DNA of 64,000 bases, taken from assembly GCA_019358935.1 (NCBI GenBank), contig JAHHIK010000001.1, forward strand, positions 132,608 through 196,607, given 5' to 3'. The translations under genes and the position numbers were made by a program. The first letter of the stretch is position 1. Every line of letters begins with the position of its first letter. The notes under the pieces are model-generated. The model saw only the letters and a program-made list of their open reading frames with translations. It searched no databases and had not been told where the DNA came from. Below are positions 40,897-51,469 of this stretch, piece by piece. The stretch is from Tolypothrix carrinoi HA7290-LM1. GTDB lineage: Bacteria; Cyanobacteriota; Cyanobacteriia; Cyanobacteriales; Nostocaceae.

Positions 40897-41646
40897 ATGC
40901 AAAATTTGAGCATAGACATAAATTTGCTGAGAGAAAAATTTCCTCACTTTCAGCAAGCGAAAGATTATGTTTATCAAAGCGTTGATTCTTTAACTAAATC
41001 AGCGCAGCAAGTCGGAGAATCTTGGAAACAAACAGCAACAACCGCAACTGATAAGGCAATTGATTCTGTCAGCACAACTGTTGAACAAGCTAAAAGTTCA
41101 TTAGAACAGTCTTGGCAAAATGCTGACCAAATTAAGAATACAACATCGAGAGCAGTTGAAGTAGCGATCGCTTCTTCGATGAATGATTGGCTAACTGAGC
41201 ATCCAGCTATTTTCCGGATAGTGCAAATCCTTGCTTGGGCAAGTAATCACCCAATCATCAGCTTAGTAATTTTGGTTTTGGTGATTGCGATCGCCTCAAG
41301 TATCATCAAAGCTATTGTACGCTTGATTGAAACCGCTAGTTGGTCGATTCTCCAAGTTCCTTTTAAATTACTTTTTGCCTTAATTAAAGTTAGCTTTTTC
41401 TCATTTACAAAAGTTGGCAACATCGCTCTTAAAAAACTAACATCTCCTCAACCAGTTAAAAACCTGCCAGCTTTGCCACCTGCAACTTCTCCAGTAATTC
41501 ACAAAGATAAACAGCAAAGACTTGCAGAAATTAGTATGCGGTTAGAGACAATTCAAAAAGAGCAAAAGCAACTTTTGCAAGAAGCCGCAGAACTTATTGC
41601 TACAGATTCAATTGAGATGAAAAAGCAAGATGTAAATCTAGGATAA
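40897..41646 (+). CDS. Hypothetical membrane protein with coiled coils
   Basis: 249-aa ORF with a central TM segment. Confidence 0.75.
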   Translation: MQNLSIDINLLREKFPHFQQAKDYVYQSVDSLTKSAQQVGESWKQTATTATDKAIDSVSTTVEQAKSSLEQSWQNADQIKNTTSRAVEVAIASSMNDWLTEHPAIFRIVQILAWASNHPIISLVILVLVIAIASSIIKAIVRLIETASWSILQVPFKLLFALIKVSFFSFTKVGNIALKKLTSPQPVKNLPALPPATSPVIHKDKQQRLAEISMRLETIQKEQKQLLQEAAELIATDSIEMKKQDVNLG

Positions 41647-41769
41647 GATAATATCACATTATGTTAAAAAATTTAAATTGTAGGGTGTGTTATGCCGTTC
41701 GCTTTTAGCGTTCCCGTTCGCGGAGCGTCTCCGACAGGAGAAGGGTAGGAAGATCGCACTATTGATAGT

Positions 41770-41892
41770 TCAGGGTGCCGTACTCTCGGCTATAACACAA
41801 CGGACCCTAAAGCGCGGCGTTGCCTGCTTGACTAGGATTCTGTCCGTCGAACCGCCTTGGGAGGAACATCCACACCGCTTTAAGCCGGACCC
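41770..41892 (-). ncRNA. Candidate structured non-coding RNA, family unidentified
   Basis: GC-rich island with several complementary segments; TAAACT -10-like hexamer just upstream on the minus strand. Confidence 0.4.
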
Positions 41893-41997
41893 TACATAAA
41901 GTTTATATTTCTTCATATAAACAGATGACAGCAACTGTGACCTGTGCTTTTATTTACTTAATTATCTCTTTTAACTTTTCAAGAACCAACTTTTCAA

Positions 41998-42138
41998 CTA
42001 TTCTTCTGTTTCCAATACAACAGCTTCATACAGCAGTTCGATAGGAAACTCAAATTCAATGCGATCGTCTTGGTGAGGTTCCCATTCGAGATATTCCTCA
42101 ATGGTCATTTTTTGCGGTTGTTGGGGGATGGCTATCAT
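41998..42138 (-). pseudogene. Internally deleted Uma2-family gene (46 aa)
   Basis: Uma2-like N-terminus MIAIPQQPQKMTIEEYLEWE fused to the C-terminus FEFPIELLYE. Confidence 0.7.
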
Positions 42139-42204
42139 AGCAAGATTTTTCAAGCTTGGTTTGATTGTAGCAACAAGAGCATAACGAATGATTGATTAGC
42201 CGAA

Positions 42205-42639
42205 TCAAAGGTTATTTCGCTCTAAAATTAAGTCTATCGCTGTTTTAACAATCTCTTCACGGTCTACCATTTCGCTAATTTCTTCAGCTTCATAGCTTCC
42301 TTCAAATGCTTCTATAGCTGCTTGTCTCAAAGCGGATTCATAGGCATCATGTATAGTTTCTAATAATTCTTCTTCAGTTAAATAAGTACCCTTCGCTTTG
42401 CGACGTTGATTGCTGCGTTGAATTTGCTTAACAGAGTTGAAAATAGAAGTCTCCCAAGATTTAGTTGTTCGCTTTTCAGCGCTTTTTTTTATTAGATGTA
42501 ACAATAAAATGATGGCATAGCTAAATATTTTATTGAGTTTGTCAATTTTACTCATCTCCTCTAATTCTTCGACAATGATGAGGGCTTCCGCTACTTTTCC
42601 TTGGTGCAGTAGTTCCTTTAGTTCTAGCAGTTCTTCCAT
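42205..42639 (-). CDS. DUF29-family protein
   Basis: EELEEMSK, LLLHLIK and SWETSI blocks. Confidence 0.8.
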   Translation of the reverse strand: MEELLELKELLHQGKVAEALIIVEELEEMSKIDKLNKIFSYAIILLLHLIKKSAEKRTTKSWETSIFNSVKQIQRSNQRRKAKGTYLTEEELLETIHDAYESALRQAAIEAFEGSYEAEEISEMVDREEIVKTAIDLILERNNL

Positions 42640-42690
42640 TAGCTATTAGTCCTTTTTTTGTCAAATATTCCCATTGGTGGGAAAAAGAAA

Positions 42691-43311
42691 CTAAGCATTG
42701 CCGGCTTGAAAAATCTCTTGCACCGTCAAGTTAAACTCAGGGAATGCTGGTGACTGAATGACATCACTTTGCCTAAACTTCCTGATTTGATACTCACCTT
42801 CATCTAAAGAGCAAACAAGGATAGTAGGTTGTTTTGGTTTTCCAATGTACTCCCTACCTCCTAGCGCTGCGTAGTCAACAATCCAATATTCTGGAATTCC
42901 CATTTCCTCATAATCTGCATATTTCTTATAATAATCATCACGCCAGTTAGTTGATACTACTTCTAGAACCAAGGCAATTGATAAACCCTGAGTAACTGTT
43001 GATTCCTTTTTCCATCGTGGTTCATTTACAAGATTAGGACGGTTGAGAATCAATACATCTGGTGAATAACCTGATTCACTTGTAGGTGGTTTAACTAATA
43101 CAGTTTTGGGAATAAAATATGGTAGTTTTAATTGCCTGATTTGCACAGCTAACTCAATTCCTAAAAATCCTACAATCTCTTCATGGTCGCCTACTGGTTG
43201 TGCCATTTCAACAATCACTCCATTGTGTAGTTCATAGCGCTTTGGTGAGTTTTCTGGTATCCATTTAACAAATTCGTCAAAGGTTACTAGTTTTGGAGGT
43301 GCTTGAGTCAT
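42691..43311 (-). CDS. Uma2-family (DUF820) putative endonuclease
   Basis: YELHNG, PDVLIL, EVVSTNW and IPEYWIVD motifs. Confidence 0.9.
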   Translation of the reverse strand: MTQAPPKLVTFDEFVKWIPENSPKRYELHNGVIVEMAQPVGDHEEIVGFLGIELAVQIRQLKLPYFIPKTVLVKPPTSESGYSPDVLILNRPNLVNEPRWKKESTVTQGLSIALVLEVVSTNWRDDYYKKYADYEEMGIPEYWIVDYAALGGREYIGKPKQPTILVCSLDEGEYQIRKFRQSDVIQSPAFPEFNLTVQEIFQAGNA

Positions 43312-43498
43312 AATTACCTACTGATAAAATGTGGAAGTTGAGAAGGTATTGTATTAGATATAATCAATTGTTGACTTGGTGTTGCTAATTTTTGCGAACA
43401 ATTTAAAACCTAAAACCCTTATTTTTAGAGACGTTCCACGCAGAGGCGTCTCGTTCGATAAATTTCTGATTTCTACTTAAATTCAACAATGCCAAGAT

Positions 43499-43990
43499 TT
43501 AAATTTGATACCACGCCGTCAACGCTACCGCCAAAGCATCTGAAGCATCATCCGGCTTAGGAATATAATCTAAATCTAACTCTCGCGCTACCGCATCTTG
43601 TACTTCTGACTTCTCGGCATTGCCATATCCCGTTAAAGCTAGTTTAATTTGGGCAGGCGTAAATTCCACATACGGTAAGCGACGCTGCCCTAACACCAAC
43701 ATCATCACACCCCGCGCCTGTGCAACTAAGATAGTACTTGACATACGATAGAAGAACAATTTCTCGATCGCTACCAAATCGGGTTTCAATTCCTCCATCA
43801 GGGTGTGCAAATCGTCGAACAAGGTAGACAGTCGCTGTCCCATTTCCGCATCTGCTGGCGTACTAATTACCCCAAAATCCAGCATATCTACTGTTGTGCT
43901 TTGTACCTTGGCTTGACTTTGTTTGCAGGTTATGGCACCAAATCCTAAAATTGCCAGTCCTGGATCTAATCCTAAAATTCGCTTTTCCAT
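43499..43990 (-). CDS. ruvC: Holliday junction resolvase RuvC
   Basis: [22 protein letters not shown] and DDASDALA motifs. Confidence 0.96.
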   Translation of the reverse strand: MEKRILGLDPGLAILGFGAITCKQSQAKVQSTTVDMLDFGVISTPADAEMGQRLSTLFDDLHTLMEELKPDLVAIEKLFFYRMSSTILVAQARGVMMLVLGQRRLPYVEFTPAQIKLALTGYGNAEKSEVQDAVARELDLDYIPKPDDASDALAVALTAWYQI

Positions 43991-44166
43991 TAGTTTTGTG
44001 TTTTACCAAACCAGGGTATTGTTTTACTGGGATGCTGGCAAGTTTAACTACTAGCTCTTAAATGTAATGGAATCAAAAAATTTAATAATTCCACATTTGG
44101 CGTTAAAGCCAGGTGGTGTACATTTTCTCTTATTCACTGTTCTAAACACATTGCTTATTTTCAGGT

Positions 44167-45546
44167 ATGTCAATTGGTTTTCTCAGACAAGCTTTAAACA
44201 CGTTGCAAGCGCAATCGCGTCGTCGCACTTCCCATAGGGTTAATCAGTGGTTCAAATGGTTATCCCCAGGTATATCGGTGAAACGCTGGTTGCTGATCTC
44301 GGTTGCGGGTGTAGTGCTAGCAAGTCTGGGATTGGCTATTTGGATTAAGCTGACACCAATTTTTTGGGTGCTTGAGTTTCTCCGGGGTATTTTGGGAGCG
44401 ATCGCCGACATCTTACCCAATTATATTAGTGGACCTTTAGTTATATTATTTGGCTTGCTGTTGCTTCTCTGGGGACAAACCCGCACTGTAGGCTCAATTA
44501 CTAAGGTTCTCAGACCACAAGGACAAAGCGAAGAAGAATTAATTGATGTACTATTGGCGCATCGTCGATTGTACCGGGGACCGAAAATTGTCGTGATTGG
44601 CGGTGGTACGGGACTTTCCACATTGCTGAGAGGACTAAAAACCTACAGTGCCAATATTACTGCGATTGTCACCGTCGCGGATGATGGTGGTTCTTCTGGA
44701 CGGTTGCGGCAAGAATTTGGCGTGTTACCACCAGGAGATATTCGTAACTGTTTAGCAGCACTAGCAGACGAAGAAAAGCTGTTAACAGAACTGTTTCAAT
44801 ACCGCTTCAAAGCCGGGGATGGCTTGACGGGTCACAGTTTTGGTAACTTGTTTTTGACGGCGATGAGTGATATAACCGGAGATTTAGAACGAGCCGTTGC
44901 TGCTAGTTCCAAAGTGCTAGCGGTGCGAGGACAAGTGTTACCCGCAACTTTAAGCGATGTTCGCCTTTGGGCTGAGTTAGCCGATGGTCGCCGAATTGAG
45001 GGCGAATCGAGCATTCCCGAAGCTGGGGGTAGTATTGTAAAAATTGGCTGCATTCCGGCTAATCCGCCAGCTTTGCCAGCAGCTATCAAGGCAATTAAAG
45101 AAGCAGATTATATCATAATTGGTCCGGGTAGCCTATATACTAGTTTGATTCCTAATTTGTTGGTTCCACAAATTGCTGATGCGATCGCCGCATCCCTTGC
45201 CCCCCGTATTTATGTCTGCAATATCATGACTCAACCGGGTGAAACTCAAGGATACACTGTTTCTGACCACATTAGAGCCATTGATGCCGCTTGCGGACGA
45301 CAGCTTTTTGATGCTGTATTAGTACACAAAAAATCCCCTAGCCCTCATTCACTAATCCGCTACGCTCAACAAAACTCTCATCCCGTCTTCCTCGATCGCG
45401 AAGCTGTATTGGATCTGGGGCGAAGAATTGTCTTAGCAAATATTTTGTTTGAAGATGATATCGGCTGCGTCCGTCACAATCCTCAGAAATTAGCGCGAGT
45501 TTTGTTCCGGTGGTACAGTGGCGCCCATTTGGGGATGGGGAGATGA
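44167..45546 (+). CDS. yvcK: YvcK/GlmR (UPF0052) UDP-GlcNAc-binding protein with N-terminal TM region
   Basis: [21 protein letters not shown] and GPGSLYTS motifs. Confidence 0.9.
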   Translation: MSIGFLRQALNTLQAQSRRRTSHRVNQWFKWLSPGISVKRWLLISVAGVVLASLGLAIWIKLTPIFWVLEFLRGILGAIADILPNYISGPLVILFGLLLLLWGQTRTVGSITKVLRPQGQSEEELIDVLLAHRRLYRGPKIVVIGGGTGLSTLLRGLKTYSANITAIVTVADDGGSSGRLRQEFGVLPPGDIRNCLAALADEEKLLTELFQYRFKAGDGLTGHSFGNLFLTAMSDITGDLERAVAASSKVLAVRGQVLPATLSDVRLWAELADGRRIEGESSIPEAGGSIVKIGCIPANPPALPAAIKAIKEADYIIIGPGSLYTSLIPNLLVPQIADAIAASLAPRIYVCNIMTQPGETQGYTVSDHIRAIDAACGRQLFDAVLVHKKSPSPHSLIRYAQQNSHPVFLDREAVLDLGRRIVLANILFEDDIGCVRHNPQKLARVLFRWYSGAHLGMGR

Positions 45547-45672
45547 GGGAGATGGGGGGATGGGGGGATGGGGGGACAAGGGGGACAAGGGGGGCAGGGG
45601 GGGCAGGGGGGACAAGGAGACAAGGAGACAAGGAGACAAGGGGAAAAAATGCCCCATGCCCAATGCCCCATG

Positions 45673-45762
45673 ACGGCAGATGCGTGACTGTCGGCAGAGC
45701 CGACGGCAGGTGCTACAACGTTCGTGACCTCCCCAACGCACTGCCTCCCCAACGCACTGCCT
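45673..45762 (-). repeat. Nested structured small dispersed repeat in a (CCCAATG)n tract
   Basis: Same nested layout as 19478-19577, with compensatory stem changes. Confidence 0.75.
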
Positions 45763-45816
45763 CCCCCATGCCCAATGCCCAATGCCCAATGCCCAATGCC
45801 CAACTACTAACCAATT

Positions 45817-46275
45817 ATGAAAATTGTTCTTACAAGTGCAGAAGCTACGCGCGAGCTTGGCTTCACTTTTGGTCGATCGCTGACTGCTGGTAGTGTAATT
45901 TTACTCAAAGGTGATTTAGGTGCTGGCAAAACTACGTTAGTGCAAGGTATTGGCGCAGGTTTGGGTATCACTTCCCCAATTGTTAGTCCCACTTTCACTT
46001 TGATTAATGAGTATGATGAAGGGCGTCTCCCCCTATACCACCTCGATTTATATCGCTTAGAATCAAAAGAAGTGGCAACTTTGAATTTAGAAATTTACTG
46101 GGAAGGTATTGAAGTTACGCCAGGAATTGTGGCTATCGAATGGGCAGAGCGAATGCCCTACCAGCCAGATAGTTATCTCAAAGTGTGTTTGACCTCTGGG
46201 GATGAGGGTATAGTAAGAGCGGAAATTACGGCGTTTAATTGCTTGATTAACGAGGCGATCGCACGGCTAGTATGA
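45817..46275 (+). CDS. tsaE: tRNA threonylcarbamoyladenosine biosynthesis ATPase TsaE
   Basis: GDLGAGKT, SPTF, HLDLYRL and IEWA motifs. Confidence 0.95.
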   Translation: MKIVLTSAEATRELGFTFGRSLTAGSVILLKGDLGAGKTTLVQGIGAGLGITSPIVSPTFTLINEYDEGRLPLYHLDLYRLESKEVATLNLEIYWEGIEVTPGIVAIEWAERMPYQPDSYLKVCLTSGDEGIVRAEITAFNCLINEAIARLV

Positions 46276-46562
46276 CATTAATAACTCTTGCCAATGGAAG
46301 CAAGACACGCTTGTTTTATAACTCAAGCCGAAATGAACGCACTTGTCAACTTGGCACGGGAATAGCGGATTGTCGTCCAGGGCGATCGTCGGCTGCACTA
46401 TCAAAGCATTGGTGACGCTTAACTAATCAGCAAGCGATCGCACAAAGAACGTTTTCCACTTTTTGGATTAGGGAATTGGCAATATCGGCTAGCTTGCACA
46501 TCTGCTAGTCGTACCATCAACACTCACTCGCTCCACCAGAAAATGTCAGAAAACAGTCGATG

Positions 46563-46628
46563 TCAAATTGAGGGCTGGTCAAATCTGCCACTACCACGCT
46601 CGTCACAGTCATTTTCAAACTTTGTCAT
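46563..46628 (-). CDS. patS: Heterocyst pattern inhibitor peptide PatS, MTKFENDCDERGSGRFDQPSI
   Basis: Manual translation gives CDERGSGR; lies between tsaE and dihydroorotase, as patS does in Anabaena PCC 7120. Confidence 0.85.
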   Translation of the reverse strand: MTKFENDCDERGSGRFDQPSI

Positions 46629-47361
46629 TTTAGTTACCAGCTTTTGCTAAATATTTTTCTACAACGATAGATTTATCAAGCATTTACATTTGATGATTTG
46701 ATAGCCAATGTAAATGATGTTATACGTACTTTTAATTATAAATACGTATATGCTTTATGACTCAATTACAAAATAATTCTCGGTACAGCAGTATTTTTGC
46801 GGCTGAGAGACTACGAATTTTGCCCGATTTATGGTATCTACTCTCAACTGCTACCAATGCTGCTTGCTGCGTAGGGTACATCGCGATAAAGCGGTTCTGT
46901 TGCAATAGTGCAAAAAAAAATGAGTTTTGAGGTCTATTATTAGTATTGCCAAGTTGATTTCAAAATGTACTCAGTAGAAATCGCTAATTACAAGTTAACG
47001 ATATAAATTATTTCGATTTTTTAACGATAAAAATATATTGTTATCGCCAATCATGTAGTTAATACTGAAGCCAAAGCAGGTTAACCAACTATAGTGCAAC
47101 GCCCGAAAATCTATTTTGGTAGAAATACGAGATAGGTTTTTCAAGTTGTCTTCACATTGATATTTTTACCGAGATGCACGCTTAGGGTGAAAATGTTTGA
47201 AGCGATCGCCTTTATTCTCCCAAGTCAGTCAACATGATTTTTCGCATCAAAAATAGCAAATATCTCAAGCAAATTTGATGCATTATCTCTTAAATGTTTG
47301 CTGAAGGCGTAAGTAAAATTGAGACGTAAATTTATGACTTCTAATAAACAGATTCTTCAAA

Positions 47362-47416
47362 AGAACCCCGGTTTCTTAAAGAAACCGGGGTTCTGAGTTT
47401 AAGAAACCGGGGTTCT
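47362..47416. repeat. Palindromic repeat AGAACCCCGGTTTCTT/AAGAAACCGGGGTTCT with an extra arm (possible pyrC terminator)
   Basis: 16-bp inverted repeat plus a direct repeat of one arm. Confidence 0.7.
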
Positions 47417-47428
47417 GAGTTTAAGGTT

Positions 47429-48748
47429 CTACAAAAAATTTATTGCTTGACCCCGCACATCGGTATTCAACTTGCCTTTGTCATAAACAATTTCACCGCC
47501 GACAATAGTTGTATGTGCCCATCCGGTGAGATTCCAGCCTTCAAAGGGACTCCAACCACATTTAGTTAACAATTCTTCGCGCTTGACTTGGCGGTAGGTT
47601 TGCAAATCTACTAAAACTAAATCAGCATCAAACCCAGGTGCGATCGCTCCTTTATTAGGAATACCATACGCCTTCGCCACAGCGGTTGACATCCAATTCA
47701 CAACTTGGGCAACACTACATCGCCCCTGCATGGCAGCAGTTAACATTAAAGCTAGGGAAGTTTCCACCCCAGGCATTCCAGAAGGGCTGTTGGGATATTC
47801 TAAAGCCTTCTCCTCTAAAGTGTGAGGTGCATGATCTGTGGCGATGAAATCAATCACGCCATCGCGCAAAGCTTGCCAAAGAACTTCGTTATCGTGAGGC
47901 GATCGCAAAGGTGGATTCATCTGCGCCAAAGTGCCAATTTTCTCATAAGCGCTGGTGTTCAACAATAAATGTTGTGGTGTTACCTCTGCTGTTACCCAAC
48001 TCGGTTTATAATGGCGCAGCAACTCGGCTTCTTCCGCCGTTGACATATGCAGAATATGCAGCCGGCGTTGGTATTTTTCAGAAAGTCTTAACGCCAGCTT
48101 AGTTGCCAAAAGTGCCGCTTGATTATCTTGAATTTGCGAGTGAACAGCAGGATCGTGAATTCCGGCAAATTCCTTGCGACGTTGATTGATTCTGGCTTGG
48201 TCTTCAGCGTGAACGGCAATTAAGCGATCGCCTTTAGCAAATATAGCTTCTAAAGCCGCATCTGCATCGACCAGCAAGTGACCGTGCATTGACCCCATAA
48301 AAATCTTAATTCCCGGTGTCGGCTTGGCATTCAACAAATCTGGGAGATTCTCTGGAGTTGCGCCAATAAAAAAGCCATAATTAACCAGGCACTTGCTTTC
48401 GGCACGTTGCAACTTGTCGTCTAAAGCTTGCTGGGTAATCGTCAGGGGACGGGTATTCGGCATTTCCAAAAAGGAGGTAACTCCCCCCTTGGCACAAGCA
48501 CAACTGGCAGTGAACAAGTCTTCTTTGTGTTCTAGTCCTGGTTCCCGGAAGTGTACTTGCGGGTCAATTACCCCAGGCAACAAAGTTAACTGATCTGCGT
48601 CAATTTCTGTTGTTGGTGTTGCCGTGGAGATTTCTGGAGCGACTTTTATAATTTGGCGATCGCGGGTCAGGACATCCCCTACTATTAACTCACCATTAGG
48701 TAGAATAATGCGAGCGCGGCGAATCAGTAAACTTTTTGGAGATGACAT
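47429..48748 (-). CDS. pyrC: Dihydroorotase
   Basis: DPQVHFREPG, EMPNT, MNPPLR and ATDHAPH motifs. Confidence 0.93.
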   Translation of the reverse strand: MSSPKSLLIRRARIILPNGELIVGDVLTRDRQIIKVAPEISTATPTTEIDADQLTLLPGVIDPQVHFREPGLEHKEDLFTASCACAKGGVTSFLEMPNTRPLTITQQALDDKLQRAESKCLVNYGFFIGATPENLPDLLNAKPTPGIKIFMGSMHGHLLVDADAALEAIFAKGDRLIAVHAEDQARINQRRKEFAGIHDPAVHSQIQDNQAALLATKLALRLSEKYQRRLHILHMSTAEEAELLRHYKPSWVTAEVTPQHLLLNTSAYEKIGTLAQMNPPLRSPHDNEVLWQALRDGVIDFIATDHAPHTLEEKALEYPNSPSGMPGVETSLALMLTAAMQGRCSVAQVVNWMSTAVAKAYGIPNKGAIAPGFDADLVLVDLQTYRQVKREELLTKCGWSPFEGWNLTGWAHTTIVGGEIVYDKGKLNTDVRGQAINFL

Positions 48749-48995
48749 GGAGTTAAGAGCCAGAACGAAAATTAGCTTTTATCGTGACAGAAAATAATTC
48801 TTTTGGGTTAAATTGGTTGCACTATTCGTAACAAATTTTCGCACTTTGGTGACAAAAAAGTTTATTTTTTAACTAGGAATCACCATATCAAGATGCCAAA
48901 ATAACCAGAAAATCACATTTCCCCGGTTAAGATGAACGAATACAGTGACTGTGGTAGTTTAATTACCTGCATCTTCCTTTTACTTCTGTAATTTA

Positions 48996-49643
48996 ATGCA
49001 TAATAAAGTGTCTGATAACAACTCTAACCAACAACCTGATAATTCCTGGATCGCAGAACTAGGTAGAACAGTTGTATTAAGTATAATTCTTGCCTTGGGA
49101 ATTCGCACCTTTGTGGCGGAAGCTCGCTGGATTCCCTCTGGTTCAATGGAACCTACCCTGCACGGTTCGGAAAATCAGTGGGAGGCAGACAAAATCATTG
49201 TTGATAAATTGAAGTATAAATTTTCTGACCCACACCGAGGAGATATTGTAGTATTTTCGCCTACAGAAGAGTTGCAAAAAGAACAATATCAAGATGCTTT
49301 TATTAAACGTGTAATTGGTTTACCGGGAGAAAAAGTAGAACTTAGAGATGGCAAAGTATACATCAATAACAAACCGCTTCCGGAAACCAATTACCTCAAT
49401 AAAAACTTACGTACAGAAAAAGAAGTTTGCACCTCAGGACCGCAGCCACCTTTTTTATCCAAACCCGTCACTATACCACCTAACTCATATCTGGTGTTAG
49501 GAGACAACCGCACCCAGAGTTATGATGGTCGCTGTTGGGGTGTTGTCCCTCGCGAAAACATTATTGGTCGTGCTGTACTTCGTTTTTGGCCCTTAAATCA
49601 TATTGGCGGAATCGATAATAAGACACCACTGTATCCAAATTAA
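48996..49643 (+). CDS. lepB: Signal peptidase I
   Basis: SGSMEPTL, FIKRVIG and GDNR motifs. Confidence 0.95.
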   Translation: MHNKVSDNNSNQQPDNSWIAELGRTVVLSIILALGIRTFVAEARWIPSGSMEPTLHGSENQWEADKIIVDKLKYKFSDPHRGDIVVFSPTEELQKEQYQDAFIKRVIGLPGEKVELRDGKVYINNKPLPETNYLNKNLRTEKEVCTSGPQPPFLSKPVTIPPNSYLVLGDNRTQSYDGRCWGVVPRENIIGRAVLRFWPLNHIGGIDNKTPLYPN

Positions 49644-49672
49644 AGATAATTTCGCAAGGGGAATATACCACA

Positions 49673-50278
49673 ATGAGCCGTAAGCAAAATCAAGTATCGC
49701 CATCTTTAAAACAGCAAAATTTCTGGATAGAAACAACTAAAACTATTGGACTAAGTTTGATTTTTGCTTTTGGGATACGTACTTTTGCAGCGCAAGCTTT
49801 CAACGTCCTTTCGGGGTCAATGGAGCCGACTTTACAAATTGATGATAAGTTTATTGTAGACAAGGTGAGCTACCACTTTAGTCAGCCAAAACGGGGAGAT
49901 ATTGTGGTATTTTCACCTACGCAGGAACTTCAGAAAGAACAATACCACGATGCTTTTATTAAACGTGTGATTGCATTACCCGGAGAAAAGGTAGAACTCC
50001 GGGAGGGCAAAGTTTACGTCAACAGCAAACCTTTGAGAGAAGATAATTACTTTAACTCTCAACCGTGGACATCGATTGATGTTTGCACCGTTGGAAAGCA
50101 GCCACCTTACTTGTCTGGACCAGTTACTATACCCGCAAATTCATACTTGGTACTAGGTGACAACCGAATAAATAGCTATGATGGGCGTTGTTGGGGCATT
50201 GTCCCGCGTGAGAATATTATTGGACGTGCCGTAGTTCGCTTTTGGCCTTTAAATCATATTGGCGAACTCAATAAGTAA
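49673..50278 (+). CDS. lepB: Signal peptidase I, tandem paralog
   Basis: SGSMEPTL, FIKRVIA and GDNR motifs. Confidence 0.93.
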   Translation: MSRKQNQVSPSLKQQNFWIETTKTIGLSLIFAFGIRTFAAQAFNVLSGSMEPTLQIDDKFIVDKVSYHFSQPKRGDIVVFSPTQELQKEQYHDAFIKRVIALPGEKVELREGKVYVNSKPLREDNYFNSQPWTSIDVCTVGKQPPYLSGPVTIPANSYLVLGDNRINSYDGRCWGIVPRENIIGRAVVRFWPLNHIGELNK

Positions 50279-50777
50279 CAATCACTCATGTAATAAAAAG
50301 AACGGCAGCCTTTAGAGTAGCTAAATTTATGTATGTTAAAGCTAACAAAGATTTACATCTGATGTTAGAGAATGTCTGAAAAGTAAAGCCTGTTTGTCAA
50401 GTATCTTTTCAACCTTAGTGGGTGCGTTGATGTAGTTTAACGCACTCTATTTTTATTTTATTCTGTATCTCTTTCTTTTCTTGGTATCTTGCCGATTCGT
50501 TCAATTATATATTTTATAAATATTTATCATAAAAATATATAATATAACTGTATGAAAAAATACATTTAATATATTAATGTAACTTTTATTGCCATCATCC
50601 CCGAACCGCAAATTTGCCTTTGGGGAAAACGATAAACAAAAATGTTATCGACACCAACTGTGCGTGAAATCTGTCAGCGTTCTGGGGGAAAAATTTATAC
50701 TAAAATTCCATTGATAGTAGCGGCTAAGACTGGGGGAGTGGGAGACAGGGGGATAAGAGGATAAGGGAGACAAGGGG

Positions 50778-50821
50778 AGCCAGCGCGTTGCGGAGGTTCC
50801 CTCCGTTGTAGCGACTGGCGT
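50778..50821 (+). repeat. 44-nt structured small dispersed repeat
   Basis: Near-identical to 891-934, same GGACAAGGGG flanks. Confidence 0.8.
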
Positions 50822-50959
50822 GGACAAGGGGGACGACTTGGGGACACAACAATTCAAAATGCAAAATTCTTAATGCGTGCATTTTGAATTTTTTTGAATT
50901 TTGAATGGAACGTAGGGGTTCCCTCGGAAACCCTCATCTCCCCCCACTTCCTCTACCCC

Positions 50960-51469
50960 ATCTAATCTTTGAGATACAAGACACAGGTATCGGTATCGCA
51001 CCTAAAGAAATTGACATACTTCTTCAAGCTTTTGGGCAAACTGAAACTGGGAGACAATCACAACAAGGAACAAGACTAGGTTTAGCCATTAGCCGCAAGT
51101 ACGTACATAAGTACTAGGAGAAAAAATACGCACTGGAGGTGAAATATATTAACTAAGTAGAAACCACAAATACAAAAGTTGTTTGTCAAGAAACCCAGAT
51201 AATTACGACTGAAACCGACCTTAGTCAGTATTGATCGCAGATCAAGCTGAGTGGAAAGCACATGTTCACCATGCAGCAGCCAGTTGTACCAATGGTAGTA
51301 ACAAGAGAAAGAAGAAAATAGGTAATCTTGTAGTGGGAAAAAAGTAATTTTAGAATTACTTAAACAAATTGCTCAAGATAACCCGCTAATTTTCCGCATT
51401 TTCCGAGGTTTAGCAAACAACTATCAATTTGAGAAAATTATGGAATTAACTAGAGCAAAGGCAGAATGA
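50960..51469 (+). pseudogene. Remnant of a hybrid sensor histidine kinase
   Basis: HATPase fragment FEIQDTGIGI...GTRLGLAISRKYV, then broken C-terminal pieces (...LANNYQFEKIMELT) ending in a TGA overlapping the next ATG. Confidence 0.75.

Noticed and set aside
41687..41899. 70-aa ORF, or 6S RNA assignment
   Set aside because: The ORF is built from repeat DNA plus the antisense of the structured segment, and the sequence does not resemble the cyanobacterial 6S RNA as I recall it.
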